Shown here piece after piece: positions 47,701 through 60,705 of a stretch of DNA of 64,000 nt. Each line of letters starts with the position of its first letter. Positions within the stretch are counted from its first letter, which is position 1. The notes under the pieces were generated by a model that saw only the letters and a list, made by a program, of their open reading frames with translations, had not been told where the DNA came from and searched no databases. The DNA is from Trichosphaerium sp. ATCC 40318 (taxonomy: Eukaryota; Protista; Tubulinea), in NCBI GenBank assembly GCA_038496445.1, contig JALMLS010000103.1:62001-126000 (forward strand), in the 5' to 3' direction. The translations under genes and the position numbers were made by a program.

Positions 47701-50700
47701 ATTACTTGGATAATCTTCAAGAAAAATTAGAAAAGAAATATGCTTCACGTGTTCATGGTATTTTTATGATAAGTAATACAAAGCCCAGCAAATACGGTAC
47801 AAGTATGCTTGAAGATAAAATAATAGAGCTAGCAAAGTATGTCCTACAACCTATTCTTCTCTTTTAGTTGTTGCACTTTCATACTTACATTTTTACAGTG
47901 CACGGAATTACTTGGGTAGATCAATGCCTAGATCTTATGAATTCTTATCAGAACGTATTGTTCAACTACGTGCAAAGAACTTCCCACCTGTGATGCATCT
48001 TAAAAATTTTTCGAAGGTTGCCCAAGGTTTTCAAGTACGTTCGACTTTTTTTGTTATTTTTACTGTTTTTCTGTGAAAAGCTAATTTATTTTTAGATTGA
48101 TTCAGCTTTAGTAGATCATGCTATTGATTTATTACAAGATATGGGTATATTAGTATACAATGAACGAGATCCCAGGCTTCGTGATCTGGTAAGATAGTGA
48201 AGCACTGTTCGCTTTATTCAAAACTCTTACTTCTTTTTAGGTTATCCTTGATCCGTCTTTTATTATCCGCCTAATATCTTCTATAATGTCTCTTGTCGGA
48301 AAAGCAGTTGATGGAGTTGTTAAGCGTACTGAGCTACTACAAGCCTTATCGGCGGAAACTTTACTAAAAGATGATGAAGAATCATTGATTAAACTATTGG
48401 GTATGCCCACATTCTTATTTTAGTCAACTGACTCATTTTGCGAAGACCGCCTTGAAATGGCTCATCAGTTACCTAACAAAAAGTCATTCTATATACCATA
48501 TTTCTTCTCAGCAGAGGGCTCAGCTGAGTATCATGAACAACGTGCAGAATTCGTGCGCAATGTTCCAAAGTACGAAACCAATTATTTCTTACTTTATTCT
48601 TTGTTTTGCCCTTAGTCTTTGGCTATTATTTCTCAATTATCTTTTTGTGGTTTTTAGTTTCATACTTAATATCAGAGTAAAAATTCTTTACACTCACCTG
48701 TTTTATCCTGTAGGAACTTGCAACTTTATGGACGGTTTTATCATTTTGACTTTGTACCAATTGGATTAGTCAAGCGTCTGCTGGCTCACTTTCTTGTGTT
48801 TTCAAACCTAACTTGTAGATATCCTTGGAGGCACGGTGTATTTGTATTTAGAGGAAGTGAAACGTACGTACATAGCAATGCGAAAGTGCGCAATAGCGTA
48901 CTAGTCGAAACTGTTTTTTTTCTTTTGTTTAATCTAAGAGTTCTTCTAGTGGCTGGATTGAGTATGATGAAGACTCTCTATGCTTGCGTGTACTTGTACA
49001 AGCGTTTCCACAGGTATGTGTAACGATAAAGCAAATGTTCTGGTAGTACTAACATTACTTTTCAAGGATATTGTTGAAGACTTGTTTCCAGCATTAATTA
49101 AAACAATTGATTCTGTAATCGAAATATTTTACAATAGTCAAGAGTTTGATCAACAAGTCACAAAGTTTGTACCATGTCCTCACTGCTTAGCTAATAGAGG
49201 GGTGTCATCAGTACTATCAAGTACGTTTTAAAAAAAGTGATTGATTGTTGATAACATAACACAATTAGAATTTCTGTATGAAGATGTAGTTGAGGCGTTC
49301 CTTGCTGGGTCGTTAGGTATGTGCCGTAAATCTAGCTCTACTTTATGAATCATTATCAATTTATTAATTATATTTTATTAGACATGCAGTGTGGAGTTGT
49401 ACCTGTGTCCTTAAGAGATATAGCACCTGGTAATTAGATTTCTTTTTTTTTGAATGTTGTAGTTTTTCGATTAACACGCTCTACAGATATTGCACTTCTT
49501 CATTTACCTCTTATAAATGATCTCGAGATTCAAGAAAAGATAGGAGAAGGAGGGTACGTAGACTATTGAAAATACACGTGTAGTTCATTTAACTTACTTA
49601 CTAATATATTTTTTAGGTTTGGTAAAGTGTATAAAGGGTCTATGGCAGGAAGCACTGTAGCTGTTAAAGAACTCAAGAAATTAGAGCCAGAGTATAAAAT
49701 GACACCAGGAGAAATAAGACAAACTGCAATAAAGCAGTTCAGGGAATTTCATCATGAGGTAAGCGAAAAGAAACAAAGAAACTCAGTTGTATTTTAACCT
49801 CACTATTTTTAGGTTTATATCATGAGCGAGTTTCAACATCCTAACCTTGTTAAACTTCATGGTATTCAACTAAAACCATTGCGTATGGTTATGGAGTATC
49901 TACCAGGACCTACGCTTTGTGATTTGCTTCATACAAACAAAAAAACAAAAGATAAACAACAAGATATTTCTTGGCCTCTTAGACTTCAAATCGCTTTAGA
50001 TATTGCACGTGGAATGCGGTATCTAAGTAGAGTACATCCACCTGTAATTCATCGTGATTTACGAAGTCCAAATGTTTTTGTGCGTATTTCTTGGTTAATC
50101 TTATTAGTTATAGCGCTTTAACGTTTGTTTACTTCTAACTTGCTTGTTAGCTTGAGTCTGTAAATCCAAACGCGAAGGTTCATGCAAAGGTTGGAGATTT
50201 TGGCATGGCTCAACATGCACTCCCGTCCCTAACAGAGATTGTACGATATTTCTCGTGTGATAAATTTGGTTGTTTATTAATCTTTTGGTTACAGCTTCAT
50301 ACTTGGCAGTGGTTAGCTCCAGAGGTTATTAATCCTAAATCTGGTGGTTATGACGAAAAAAGCGATGTTTATTCTTTTGGTATGGTATTATTTGAGCTCG
50401 CAAATAGGTACCAATAACATTTACAACAAGCAATATGTTAACAGTTTTTCAAACTAGGACACTACCTTATGCGAACAGAAAAGAGTACATAAAGCGTATG
50501 GAAGAAGAACTTACAGAAGAACAACTAAAAGATGAAGTATTACTAAATAAGCTTGAGATTAACGGCTTTTTTGTTGAAGGTGCTCCACAAACCATTTTTT
50601 TTGCAACTGCTTAGGATACTAACCCTTTTAAGGCAATAAAGCAATAAAAGAAACCTTCAAGAAGCACACCATAGTTGTACGTCATAGCACTACTTTTGTT

Positions 50701-53700
50701 GGTCGATTAACTTGTCTAGGATGCCATTATATCAGATGACCTGAGACCAATACTGCATCCGAACACTGCTCCTGAATTTATCAATAACTTGATTGAAAAT
50801 TGTTGGCAAGCTGATCCTGAGTTGAGGTAAACTAAAGCACTTTTTCTTACTTATAATGTGATTGTAGGCCTACTTTTGATGATATAGTGAACTTCCTTTG
50901 TTCAGAGATGCAGGAGCATGACAAGGACACTCACAAACCAAGAGCTAACAAACAAACATCTATAAAGAAAAGATCAGCTGGAAGGCTGATTTACTTTGAT
51001 CAAAGATTTAATTGTCAAGGCACGTGTTTATCAACTTAAAAGCTTAATTTCTAACATTATTGTTTTATAGCTACGGTAATATGTATGATTCTTGTTGGCG
51101 AAACTGTTTGGTGTGGTGATTCGAAAGGAACACTTTTTGTAATTCACAAAGATGTACAGTTTTGTTTTATTTTTAGATTGCTTGAAGTCACGTGTGCTAA
51201 CTTGGCACATTTTTTAGAATCCTAGCAATAAGTGTATATCTTTCAGGGCTCATACAGGTCGTATTAATGGTATGATACAAACGGGTAAAGCTATATGGAG
51301 TGTTAGTGATGATAGAACTATCGGTGTTTGGGATGTTGCTGTAAGTTGTTTGTATTGTTTGACTTTCGACTTACATTATTGTAGACATATAAACAAGTAT
51401 CCAGGTTGACACTCAATGGCCCTGTAAAGGCGATCATTAAGGTACCAGCACCTGAAGGCAACTATGAAGTATGGACAGGAGATTGTAACGTACCTGGTGT
51501 TGTTTCAATATGGGGCGGTACACCAACAGATGGTATTGAACTCAAGGCAGAAATCACTATCAAGCTACCTACAAATAATTCTCCTGTTATTAGTATGTGT
51601 CACGTAGGTGACATGGTATGGTACGTAGCATGTTCAAAAGGAAAAAAAACCCAAACGTATTTTCAATTAAACAACATCCACAAAATCATTCAAGTGGTGG
51701 CTTTGTTTAACGCTTTGAGTGCCGAGTTTGAACGTTCTGCCACTTTGGGCTTTTATCAAAGTTAGTTAGTCAACAGTAGCTATTTCAGTCAAAATAAGAT
51801 GATAGTGACTGAAAAAACTCTGCATTATCTACAAATTCTTTTTATGAATTGTTTTGTTTGATTTCTTTTTAACACTGTTACAGGGTTGGATGTAATAATT
51901 ATATTACATTTATAAGAAAGGCAACACGTCAAGAAGAATATTGTCACAAAGCACATGATGGATTCGTAGAATCTATTATTAGAGTAGACGGTGCTGTATG
52001 GACTTGTGGAGGTAGTGATATTGTTGTTTGGAAGAATGAGAGAAAGTTCCGTGAGTTGAAAGGTCACAGTGCACGTGTTATGCGTTTAGCTGCAGTTGAA
52101 CCTGCTGAAGGTACAACAATTGATTTTATAGAAACTCTTCAAGAATCAAGGAGGCTATCATTGACTGGTTCAGATGCTGACTGTTTCTTTGTTTAGGCAT
52201 CAGTCAAGTGATGAGTGGTGGGTTTGATAGTATAGTGTTTTTATGGGATGTATCTGTACGTCATCGCTATGAAAAGCTTGTTCACTTCATTGATTAATTC
52301 TCTAACTTGTACCTTAAAATAGACTTGTGAGTGCATGGCAACTCTTATATCTCCTCGAGATGAAGTAAGAAGCTTTGTTGACTTGAAAAACGGGTCTGTA
52401 CTTTCAGGAGGACGCAAAGAAATGTGTCGCTTCAAATACAACAAACGTACGCAATCGAAATATAGCTTAACTGGAGTTGTGTAAGTAACCAACTAAATAG
52501 AAATCGCTATTGTACAAGCACGTACAACGAAGATACAAGAGGTTGTACAATTACTAAAAACTTGTGATACACAAGTTATAAAAGAAGCCCTTAACTCTCT
52601 TGGATACTCTGTCACAAAAGAACCTCGTGCTAGACGCAGTTCTAGCCGGTTAACGTACGTACTACTAACCCAATTAATTGTTGCTTGAAAATTTGTTAAA
52701 AGACCTTTGCTCGTACTTATACGCCCTTGGGGATGTTTAGTAACAGCGTATCATATATTGAGGCAAACTCACCTACTAAGAATCGAACTTCAAGAAGATC
52801 ACGTGGACCTTCAGACCCATCAAAGTTACTTCTTCGCCAACAAAGATCAACAACACTTGTTGATAGCAATGAAAGAAAGTTACCTTGGGTGCCTATTATA
52901 ACAAGATCTCCTGGTACTATTCCACCTAGTGGTAGTCCACAGACTTCTCCAAGAGTCAAACCAAAGAAAACAGAAGGTTCGTTTTTTTTACTAAACAATT
53001 TCTTCATATTTCTTTTCTTTGCAGTCAAGGACACTTTAATGTGGTAAAATATCATAGAAAACGATTTCTTTTTATTTATTTTTGCATGTCGTAAGTCAAC
53101 TGTAAACAACCCTTGCTGTTTCTTTATTTTGCAATTGACTGAGAAAGTGTATTGGCTTGTTTCTCTTACAAGGTTCTTTTAGCTGTTGCGGCAAAGAAAC
53201 AATTCTTATCTGGTACAAGAGCTAAAGATATACTATCTTCGCCTACTCCTGCACCTACTCCTGAGCCTGTAGAACCAAGCCACCAGAGAAGGTCTACAGC
53301 CCCTGGGCCAACACCTGGTTGGAAGTTCGGAAGGGCGCCAGAATCACTCACAAGCTTGCCAGTCATCCCGGAAAAACCACTGCAACAAAAGAAAATAAAA
53401 AAGCAATCACCTAGGAGCCATGTTCCAAGCACAGGGTTAGGATGGCAAGTAGGTATGTTCTCGTTGATACCAAAAGCGCCTAGTGACGCTAGTACTCATG
53501 TAGTATGCTTGTATTGATGATATTTAGGAAAACTGTCAAGAGCAAAATCACGAGGAGAACAGCTCAATAGTAGTGAAAGCAAACCACCAAGTCTTGTACC
53601 TCGCTTAACTAGATCTGTACCAAGATTATTACCTCGTAGTAAGACATCAAGGGATCCTCCTGCAAAGGCTAAAAAGTCATCTTCTTCTGCAAGGTTAAAG

Positions 53701-53886
53701 AGGCCAACAACGACTGGACCTGGATCAAAAGATGACGAAGAGGTAAGTTAAGTCTCTTTTTTACCTTTTTTTTACTCATTGTAGCAACCTAAGAGGAGCT
53801 CATTTTTTAAACGTAGTAAGACTGTAAGCTCTCTGGCAGGTGCTGGAGCTAATTATTTTAAAAAGAAAAGAAGAGGCTTCAACTAA
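44726..53886 (+). CDS. Roco family protein kinase (RNI-type LRR, LRR, Roc, COR, TKL kinase, WD40, Pro/Ser/Lys-rich tail); start uncertain
   Basis: LRRs (LNLSSNNL; LPDSIGNLTNLRVLDVNFNNL), Roc GDSGVGKSS and LVGTHSD, COR VILDP, kinase GEGGFGKVY/VAVK/HRDLRSPN/DFG/WLAPE/DVYSFG, WD-like repeats (AHTGRI..IWSVSDDRTIGVWD). Confidence 0.92.
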
Positions 53887-54113
53887 AACCAAACGAAGAA
53901 GTTTTCTTAAATCTTTCTTGTTTTTTTTGTACAATCATCACCTTAAAAAAAAATGTAACCCACACTACTTCACTGTAATAAAAGCATCACAATCATATAG
54001 ATCCTGTTTAACATTATTATTGTTTGGCGTTTTAGCACAGTACAATGCAGTACATCACTGTCAGTAATACTGCTATTCGCCTTCCTCGACAATGCAGGCC
54101 AGCTAACGATTCG

Positions 54114-56311
54114 TCACCATGTTAGAATGATAGCTGTTACACCTGCTAATGAACATATTCCGAGAAGGTGCTTAAATCCTATAGATACAGTGTTTCTCTG
54201 CTTCCAGAATGACTTTCTTAGCTCAGCAAGCACTTTGATTGAATCTAAATACAACTTTTTTTATTTGGATTGCCCAGTTTGAATACACTTTTTTGATGGG
54301 GTAGTACACATAGATTCGGTAGCCTGTATTGTACTAAGACTTGTGGCACGTGATTCCCCGCGATTTGCATACTGTGATGTATTTACTCTTCGTCTATTAG
54401 CCACCCATAAAGGTACACTCTGGACAAGTGAAAGTGTATCAAGTATAAATATGTACATCATCACAACAGTAACCAACCAACCAGCTTCGGCTTTAAGAGC
54501 TACACAAAAAAGTGAGAATAGATTTACAATAAGAGTTATTGTACATATAACAGCTGCTAAACCAATTATAGAAAAGAAGAACAATACTTGGAGTGTACAA
54601 AAAGTGTAAAGGCGAATACGCATCTATTGAAAAGTAAGAAAGTAAAAACACTCGTCTAGATATTTTGAATGTTATTTTTACAACAATACATTGAATATTG
54701 TGCTGACAAGATAAAAGAAAAAGAGGAAAGTAAAAAAGTCTTATTCACGTCCCATGTTCAATCTATGCAATTTAATCGTTGAATCCTTGCTGGACACAAT
54801 TAGTGTATGGCATACAATTACACCATATACCACAATAACGCCAACTGAACCAAGATTTACGGTCTACAACGATCAGTAAAACTGCTTTTCTGAAATGCAA
54901 AGTTATACCCAATTAATTCCTGTAATTGCGGTTGCTATTCCACCTGAGAATACAGTTCTTGACATACTTGACAAAATAAAGAACATAAACATAGCTACTA
55001 TGATGCAAATAAAAGCAATCTTTGTCTTTTCTAAGAATAGAGCCACTTTCACTGCTTTATTGTGGATAGATTCGTGCCTTGAATAACAAAATAGTAAGGC
55101 AAACTGGGAACAAACAACATTAACTTAAACACAAAATGAATTGTAAAAGGTTGTGTACCAGTACAAAATCACTAATAGAGCGCTTGCCAATGAGAACGGC
55201 AATGAAGCTGAACTTAGGATCCTTTGAAGTAAGTATGGGTATACGCGGAATCCTTGGAAAGGATCCACTAAAAATAGAACCCGCACTAGAACAAACTGTT
55301 TCAGCAAAAGAAAGAAAAGAGTTTAAACTACTCACAAAAATTTGCGATCGCTTCAAGCACCAAACAAACAATAGGTATCGTTATAAAAGTGCTAGATTTA
55401 GATTGAAGTAGAATATGTTGCCATAGTATACAAACAGCAACACCAAAGCAACAGGTTGTGTATGATATAAGTAAGAAAATAATAAGATAATACGCCCAAT
55501 GATGTAGTACATAGTGAAATGAATTAAAATCTCGAAATATAGTTAGTTCCACGGCTATGAAACGATTCTACAGTACCTGGGTATACTGCTCCAAAAGCGA
55601 CGCCAGTGCTGTTTAGCAGTGCTGGATCGAAATAGTCTTTGTATGTAGTCACAACTGGGATATTCAAGCCTTTACTTTTTTGAGGGTATCGTAGCACATA
55701 CGATACAAGACCTTTTAGAGTGAGTACGACAACAAAGAAAAAAACCCCAGGGTGTTACCTAAGTTTACATTGCCAGGAACTACAAAAATAATAAGTGTAG
55801 CACCCCTTCGTTGAAGATCAAAGGCACTAAAAACTCATCAAAACTTGATTGAAAATTTTTACGTAAAATGCTACGCGGGTGGAAAGTTAGAACGTGTTAA
55901 TGTATTTCCGTGTTTATGGTCAGTTTTCATTAAGTTGGTTTGCTCGACGTACTCATTTTCGAAGTCGTTGAACTCGCTTTCCTTAACAACTGCTTTCCCT
56001 AGATTTAAACAAAGTTGGAAAGTATGCCACTAAAAAAAACCCGACTTTATCGAGCGCACCTGCCACATCATGAAACTCACTCCGTACAAGCGTAATATTT
56101 CGTTTGTCCCAATTTTCTTCGATAGAACCTATCACGTGACCGACCGATTTGTATGCTCCCTTTAACTGCAAAGGGCTTTCTATTTCAAGGAGACCAGCGG
56201 TATTGTAAATAAATATTGAAGTATACACAAAAAAAAAGATTGTCGTTCCTATATTAATAGTTAGATACCACGTTGTTTCTCACGATGCTGTTTCGGACGT
56301 TGAAATACCAT
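54114..56311 (-). CDS. Multi-pass membrane protein with putative PA-like extracellular N-terminus; ends approximate
   Basis: Exons QRRGATLIIFVVP and LNIPVVTT (PA-domain-like, inference) are followed by several long hydrophobic exons with canonical introns. Confidence 0.5.
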
Positions 56312-56729
56312 GCCAGTGATGTAAATAAACTACGAACTGAATTTAACTGTGAGTACTCTTAAGTGAATTTACGGTGACTTAATGTGCAAGCAAAAAATTA
56401 ACTCAATTCTTAACAAATACACGTGCGATCACTCCGTAGAGTTTTTCAGTGTTAGGCCCTGAGTGAGGTTTCAGGAACAAAAATATCCTATTTTTTTTAA
56501 ATGAAGTCACGTGAATTTGCGATGCTGTCTCAACCAGCAAAGTCCAGTAGGCCGGTTTATATCTTTCTTTATTACTTCCTAAACTGCTACAATGTTGTAG
56601 TTGTACGCCTCTGCATTAAGTCGCCAACTTCCTAGTCTCAAACATGCGTAAACAGAGTTTGTACATGATGCCGTAAGACATTATCTGATAACAACACCAA
56701 GAGCTCCATCTGTACAACACAGCTTACAG

Positions 56730-57685
56730 TCATAGTTCCAGATTTTGCTTGTGCAATGTTACGTTTACAGTATTGCTAATAACCACTGAGCAATGTCCAA
56801 AAGCCTTCTGATTGAATAACATGTTGTGAATTTCTTTACCAGTATTGACAGTAGCAAATAGTTGAACACAAAATACATCTGGTGTTTGATCATCATCGTA
56901 AAAATAAACAACTTTCTGAGGAGCTTGAAGACATAATCGGTTGGAATGATCTTCTTCTCCCATTAATATAGACCTGTACTTTTCGAGTGGCTCTGACTTT
57001 GGCTGCTGTACAGCAAAATGTAGAGGTATATGGACGTTTTTCTATCGCCTGGGTTCAGTGCAGTACTACAAGCAGCGTTTACGTTGAAGTTAATAAGAAC
57101 ATGGTGGTCTTTGTAGTTTTTTATAAATTCATCTTTTGCTTGAGGATTCCACACAAAACAAGTTTTACCTCCTTCAATATTATTACAATTTATATCCGTC
57201 CCAAGGTATACTCTCTCTTGTAATTTTCCAATATTTCTGATTGTTAAGTTCAACACCACTGTCTGTCCTTTATAAACATGTTTTGTATAACAACTCAACT
57301 CTGAGACGATATTTGGTCTCAGTTTATTCTGATACTTGGCCTTCCACGTGTTTGCCCAAAGATTGTAAAAAGTGTGTATTGATGGCAGTGGTACAAATAT
57401 TGTTGATGCATAGGATTCTTGACCCTTCAATTCATGTAAGGTTGCTTGATGAACAGCGTATTCTATATCTTGAGCATCTTTGCCCCATCTCTGATGGTAC
57501 AAAGTTCGGTAAATGTATTCTTTGTCATTTCGTATAATTTTGTTTAGAAAATGATTGGATTGTTGTAATGAAGCTATATCTTGCAAAGTCAGGTCGTTGT
57601 TAACAATAATACTTAAAATTATCTCAATAGGTAGTACAAATATCTCTGAGTCATTTTCAGTAGGTGCGACGCCGTTGGATGTCAT
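56730..57685 (-). CDS. F-box protein with uncharacterised C-terminal domain; one intron (56974-57035)
   Basis: IFVLPIEIILSII..LQDIASLQQSNHFLNKII F-box. Removing GTCCAT..ACAG joins the 240-aa and 77-aa ORFs in frame. Confidence 0.75.
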
Positions 57686-57768
57686 TTTTTATTGACTTTG
57701 GTTTAATAAATTATCTGGAGAGTGCAGTCAAAAAACTTCAAGATATTGTTCCCTGTAACATCAAACTA

Positions 57769-58109
57769 TTGTGCGTACCCTTCAAGTCAAACTTTTTTCG
57801 AAATAACGAATATCTATTGTGCACTTTATTTCGAGATCAGAAATTTGACTCTTTTTAACAAGCCACCAATTGACACGGTCAATTTTTACTGAACAAATGG
57901 ATTTAATAAAGATGTAATTCTCTACAATGAGTGCAACAATTTTCTACGAAGGTTCTTTCAACAGAGGCCAAAGCACGAACAATTTCAACCGTGTTGCTGT
58001 GAGTTCTAGTGTGAAATCTCGCAGTTTTCAGAGAGTACACAATCTCAGAAATGTGTACACAATGGTTATTTGTTATTAACAAAAAGTTTGACTTGAAGGG
58101 TACGCACAA
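57769..58109. mobile_element. MITE with TA target duplication (Tc1/mariner-type)
   Basis: Perfect ~29-bp TIR ttgtgcgtacccttcaagtcaaacttttt / aaaaagtttgacttgaagggtacgcacaa, extending imperfectly to ~70 bp, with TA on both sides. Confidence 0.8.
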
Positions 58110-58970
58110 TAAGTAAAAAATCACGTGGACTATGAAACTATCTTTTCCGTAATGACCTAATTTCAGAACTGTAGATTCAATAAGTTTGAAGTGAAGTAAA
58201 GCTGTGATCTGACAGATATTGCAACTTCTGTTCAAAAACTACAAGATCTGACGAATCTTGTCAGTTCTGGAAAACAAAATCCATTTTTACAACGCATACA
58301 AATTATTGTGACACCACGTGTTCTTAACCACCATTATTGTATTTGGTACATTAGCTTATGTAGTTCTGTTGAAGTCTCTGATGGCCTATAAGGTCCAAAA
58401 GTTGTCCTATACTGGTACAAGTGCACACTCAGCGCAAGATACTTTCTTTTTTGTGTCCACATAAATTGTTCACTCTTTTGTTCTGTAGCCGTGTCCATAT
58501 AACAAGGATGTATAGTAGATGACTCACGTTGTCTAGCGTTCCCCTTGGTAGGTAGGGGTGTTAATTTTCTACCACCATGGTAATCAATCACTTGGCATAC
58601 ATTGAAATATTTTACAACTATCACATATCTAATTTGGATTGTTGAGCCAACAAGAATGCACTTAATTCAACTCTCGCTTCTTGTTTTTGCTAAGCAAACA
58701 AACAAGCTATGACAAAGTATCTTAAACAGCTAGTTATGATAGCAAGCAATATTGTGGCACCAACAGAACAACAATGTTGTCACTTGACGATGTACCACCA
58801 GAGACGTAAACACATGTTACAAAGTCAGGTCTTGAAGAGGATCTAGTAAAATCATTGATCAATACCAATCATTGATCAATACCTGTCAATGAGTTTTTAA
58901 CAAACCATTAGTGGACGAAAAAGCTTATTTATTAGTCTTGTTCTTTATTTTATTAATAAAATAGCTAATG

Positions 58971-60228
58971 TCACATTACAACACAATTGCTTTTGTCTTT
59001 TGCTTTTGGTATTAACAAACCAGTACCTGCTAAACCCGCAAGAATACATTCGTTAAACACTAAAGTCAACATCAATACACAACAAAAAAGTTGCCAAAAA
59101 GGTTAAAGAGTATCAATTTGCTTGTTTTTCAGTTCGACATACCACTTTCAACACCCTCTCCAGTAATAGAACTACATTCTACATATGAACTCGCCTTCAT
59201 TTAATAAGCGCACATGGCGATAAAACAAAAACCGTGATGTGATACACTTACTCCTATTTTTTTTGTCATCTCTTGACCTTCTTCTGTTGTAATACAGTCG
59301 TATGGACTTCCATCAGCCTTTAATGTTGTTCTTAAATCCATTTTGAGACCAGCAAGTACTATAGGAACACCAAGGCAATGGTGTTTCACCTCAGGTTTCC
59401 ACTGAATAAAAAAAAGGAGATTAATTAATGGTTTCAAACAATACCACTAATGAGTTATATAGGTACCTTGGTTGCAACATTTTCAAAGCTAGCTCTGTTG
59501 CTAAGACTGAAAGTAATTAAAAAAACATCTGTTTGCTAAACAAAAATCACGTGAGAATGCAGCAATACCTAAGGTACTAATACAAAACAAATGTGACAAC
59601 CGGTGCTTGCTCACCACAAGCATAAACACAGTCAGTCCTCACACCGCATTATATGACTTAAAAGCTCTTGTATAAAGGGAGAAATGAAAGCAAGGTGTTT
59701 TGTTCTTGACATGATGAGAGAAACACCAAACTTTCAGATTTTTTGATCAGCAAACAAATTTCGAAAATAATCGTACAGGATAGCTCAAAGGTCTAAGCCT
59801 ATCATAATCCTCAGGTCCTGCTGTATCCCATAAACCTTAGGAAACAATATTAGAAACTCTGGGAGACGGAAAGAATTTAGAACACTGAAAGGCTTGTTTA
59901 TACCTAGATTAATTGGTATTCCCATAAGCATTACATTGGCGCTATCACGTCGTTATGCAAATAATTTTAAATCAAAAACAGAGTTTTTCTTATTGATAAG
60001 CTTTAATTACCTGTAATTGTCGAAAACTGTTGGTACTAAGGCGTCTGTTAGCGTCGAAACGTAAAAATAGAGCCGTACTGTATTCGCCAGGGAACGATCC
60101 AGATGTATATCGTATTAATAAGCATGTCTTGCCTTTTCGGTGATAGTTAACATAGAATTGTTTATTTTAAGCTGTTTTTGCATACCAACTGCTCCATCTC
60201 CTATTGTAACCAACTTTATAGCCTGCAT
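58971..60228 (-). CDS. Rac/Rho-family small GTPase with Gln61->Pro (copy 2)
   Basis: MQAIKLVTIGDGAVGKTC..PTVFDNY..WDTAGPEDYDRLRPLSYP..CVVM*. Same introns as 27245-28515; upstream DNA shared to ~60412. Confidence 0.93.
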
Positions 60229-60705
60229 TGGCGTCAAGTAGATGTATTTTAGGGTTAGCTACTAATAAACTAGGATTATAGCACTGTTTAGCCTAATTGT
60301 GGGTTAAGTGGCAATTTTATCAAATTTATTGATACTCATTTCAATTATCTTCGAAAACAATATTATCACTTTGTGCAGCGTTTATTTAGTTTTTGTTGCT
60401 ACCAGTAACCATTTTACTTTTTACTTGTGCAGCGATAAGACAGTAATTGTACGAGACATTTGCAGAAAGACACCTGTTGATAAACACTTAAAAAAAATAA
60501 CAGTTTTCCCATTTTTAATTCTTGGACTTCTTCAAAGGTCCTCTACCTGCAATGACTCACAACCTAAACCGTGTCCAATGCCTCATATTTGTATGATGAG
60601 TTTCAGAACGATAAATAAATATTCAAAGGTAGTTACAACAAACTAAATGCTCATAGTGAACAAAATGAGATTTTGTACATAAAACTCTGCTCGTTTAATA
60701 AGAGG

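Noticed and set aside
56730-56965. TAATG stop-start overlap suggesting translational coupling
   Set aside because: A 62-bp GT-AG intron (56974-57035) joins the two ORFs in frame, which is the simpler explanation.
58851-58883. 17-bp tandem duplication (atcattgatcaatacc)
   Set aside because: Simple slippage duplication with no further structure.
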